Shown here: positions 53,801-55,596 of the stretch, in pieces | How the letters are laid out: every line of letters starts with the position of its first letter | Numbering within the stretch: position 1 is the stretch's first letter | Assembly: GCA_964418365.1 (NCBI GenBank) | Contig: CAYQLM010000004.1 | Span: 1-55,596, forward strand | Direction of reading: 5' to 3' | Source of the DNA: an uncultured Dehalococcoidia bacterium | Lineage (GTDB): Bacteria; Chloroflexota; Dehalococcoidia; DSTF01; RBG-16-68-14 | Length of the DNA: 55,596 bases | Position numbers and translations under genes: made by a program | Notes under the pieces: model-generated | Seen by the model: the letters and a program-made list of their open reading frames with translations, nothing else | Databases searched by the model: none | What the model was told of the DNA's origin: nothing

Positions 53801-55178
53801 GCTCTGCCAAGGAACGCACCGCCCAGACCCGCACCGCCTCGCCGACGCCCTTCAGCTCCCGCTCGCCCCGGTCTTCGAATGAGACGCCGGCCGACGTGCG
53901 CGCGAGATCGCGCACGGTGGCGGACACCAGCGTCTCGCCCGCTGCGGCTTCGCTCGCGACGCGCGCTGCGATGTTAACCGCGCCGCCGTACACGTTGTTC
54001 GACTCGCGGATCACGTCGCCGGCGTGGATCCCGACGTGCAACAACAACGTATCGTCGGGCCCTGGCCCTTGGCCCTTGCCCCTGGGCCCTGCCATCCTGT
54101 GGATGGCCAATGCGCACGCGATCGCCTCGCGCGCCGCGCCGAACGTCGCCAGCACCCCATCGCCCAGCAGCTTCCCCTCGATAGCCGTACCGCCGTTCGA
54201 CGTGATCGCGCCGCGCAGCGCCTCGTCCAGCTCGCGCGCCTTCTCTCGAAACGCCTCGTCGCCCATCCGCTCCGTCAGTGCGGTGGAGTCCGCAATGTCA
54301 GCGAACAGGATGATGGCGGTGCCGGAGGGGGCGGCTGGCCGATCGATAGTTGGGCGCGCGGCCACGGTAGGTGCCGGTACCAGGCCGCCTTCGCGCAGGA
54401 AGTCATCGATCGTGTTCGCGATGCCGTCCACCTCTACGTAGCGCGCGTCCTCGATGACGGAAGCAAGCCGTCTCGCGAGCGGCGGAAAGTTTAGGGCTCC
54501 GTGCGCAGAATCTGAAACGACGAGTGTCGGGACCCGAATCTGGGGCAGGAGGTTCGACACATCGATCTGCCCCGCGGCGCGCCTGTATGCGACGTAGTCC
54601 TCGCGCGTCATGCTGGTTCGGAACATCTCGAGGAGCGTCTCGGCCCGCTCGATGTCTCCGTATCCAGCAAGGGCATGCGCCAGCGTCTCCAGATGGTACC
54701 CCCAATCGTCTTCGGCAATCTGCAACGTTTCCTGCGTGAGCCGCATGGCCGGGATCTGCTTGTAGTATTCTTCCGCCTTCGCGAACGTATTGCTCAAGAC
54801 CAAGTGGCTCACTCGTTCCGAATGTTGCGCGGTATAGGCTATTGCCGTCGGGCCACCCTGCAACACCCCACAAATCGGAAAGCGCTCAAGCGCCACTCTA
54901 TCGATGACCGCCTCGAGGTCGCGTATTCGCGCTTCCAATGAGAAGTCGGATATTCCGCGGTCTGAACTCCCCGAACCGCGGCTGTCGTAGGTTATCACCG
55001 ACCAGCCAAGCGCGAGGATGTCGTCGTAAAGGTAGCCCGCGATCTGGCCTTGCGCTTTGTAGCCATGCAGATTCCCCCAGATCGTGCTGGGAAACACAAT
55101 CGCCGGTCCCGTCCCGAGCACCGCGTAAGCGATGTTTACCCCATCGCTCGTCTTCGCGTACTGAATCTGCGGCTCCAT
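53766..55178 (-). CDS. Alpha/beta-hydrolase-fold plus class III cyclase fusion (copy 2)
   Basis: Same architecture and same start MEPQIQYAKTSDGV; cyclase nearly identical to copy 1. Confidence 0.88.
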   Translation of the reverse strand: MEPQIQYAKTSDGVNIAYAVLGTGPAIVFPSTIWGNLHGYKAQGQIAGYLYDDILALGWSVITYDSRGSGSSDRGISDFSLEARIRDLEAVIDRVALERFPICGVLQGGPTAIAYTAQHSERVSHLVLSNTFAKAEEYYKQIPAMRLTQETLQIAEDDWGYHLETLAHALAGYGDIERAETLLEMFRTSMTREDYVAYRRAAGQIDVSNLLPQIRVPTLVVSDSAHGALNFPPLARRLASVIEDARYVEVDGIANTIDDFLREGGLVPAPTVAARPTIDRPAAPSGTAIILFADIADSTALTERMGDEAFREKARELDEALRGAITSNGGTAIEGKLLGDGVLATFGAAREAIACALAIHRMAGPRGKGQGPGPDDTLLLHVGIHAGDVIRESNNVYGGAVNIAARVASEAAAGETLVSATVRDLARTSAGVSFEDRGERELKGVGEAVRVWAVRSLAEPPFPHREGAGG

Positions 55179-55182
55179 CTGG

Positions 55183-55217
55183 CCTAACCCCCGGCCCCTT
55201 CCCTCTGAGGGAAGGGG
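55183..55217. repeat. CCCTC/CCCTT-hairpin REP at a gene junction
   Basis: CCTAACCCCCGGCCCCTTCCCTCTGAGGGAAGGGG. Confidence 0.75.
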
Positions 55218-55596
55218 AGCTCTGCCAAGGAACGTACCGCGAACACGCGCACCGGCTCGCCGACGCCCTTCAGCTCGCGCTCGCCGCGGTCTTCGAACGA
55301 AACGCCCGCCGAAGTCCGCGCTAAGTCGCGCACCGTTCCCGACACCAGCGTCTCGCCCGCGGCGGCCTCGCTCGAGATTCGCGACGCGATGTTCACCGCA
55401 CCGCCGTAGACGTTGTTCGACTCGCGGATCACATCTCCCGCGTGTATCCCGACGTGCAGCAACAAAGGGTCAGGGGTCAGGGGTCGAGGGTCAGGGCCGC
55501 CCTCCGCCCCGGCGGCTAGCCGGTGCATCTCACCGGCGCAGGCGATCGCCTCGCGCGCCGCGCCGAACGTCGCCAGCACGCCATCGCCCAGCAGCT
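55184..55596 (-). CDS. Class III cyclase C-terminus (copy 3, 5' part outside the window)
   Basis: LLGDGVLATFGAAREAIACA..HVGIHAGDVIRESNNVYGGAVNIASR. Confidence 0.88.
   Translation of the reverse strand, partial: LLGDGVLATFGAAREAIACAGEMHRLAAGAEGGPDPRPLTPDPLLLHVGIHAGDVIRESNNVYGGAVNIASRISSEAAAGETLVSGTVRDLARTSAGVSFEDRGERELKGVGEPVRVFAVRSLAELPFPQREGAGG

Noticed and set aside
52447..55596. Diversity-generating retroelement or integron as the cause of the cyclase array
   Set aside because: No reverse transcriptase or integrase in the window, no adenine-specific TR/VR pattern and no recognisable attC core sites.

Overview
High-GC chromosomal window. The gene content (three Cys-rich secreted proteins with a shared flexitail-type C-terminus, alpha/beta-hydrolase-cyclase fusions, paired ferritin-like proteins) suggests an uncultured Chloroflexota/Dehalococcoidia bacterium; this is an inference. 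It holds about 55 CDS and two tRNAs (Arg-TCG, His-GTG). Recognisable genes: NnrS-like protein plus a DosS/DosR-like pair, mgtE, argC-argJ-argB, nth, UDG, selD, lemA-htpX, P450, thiolase, MMPL, ABC/MFS exporters and a GT87 pair. I found no CRISPR array, rRNA, integrase or transposase. Signals the gene list does not explain: (1) a DUF559 nuclease gene framed by 37-bp terminal inverted repeats, with solo relatives scattered as REP-like units that also form the junctions of (2) a tandem array of catalytically dead alpha/beta-hydrolase-nucleotidyl cyclase fusions with variable sensor and conserved cyclase; (3) three independent leader-peptide attenuators (uORF, antiterminator, terminator) upstream of an MFS exporter, a methyltransferase and an ABC exporter; (4) two flexitail genes sharing promoter hexamers and a homologous ~235-nt 5' leader, and a third carrying a possible clan-CD protease domain; (5) a ferritin-like diiron gene pair in which one partner has lost all four Glu ligands; (6) a consensus CRP box at about -41.5 of the MMPL promoter; (7) a gene insertion that duplicated the 3' end of its target gene; (8) several co-existing REP and heptamer repeat families.
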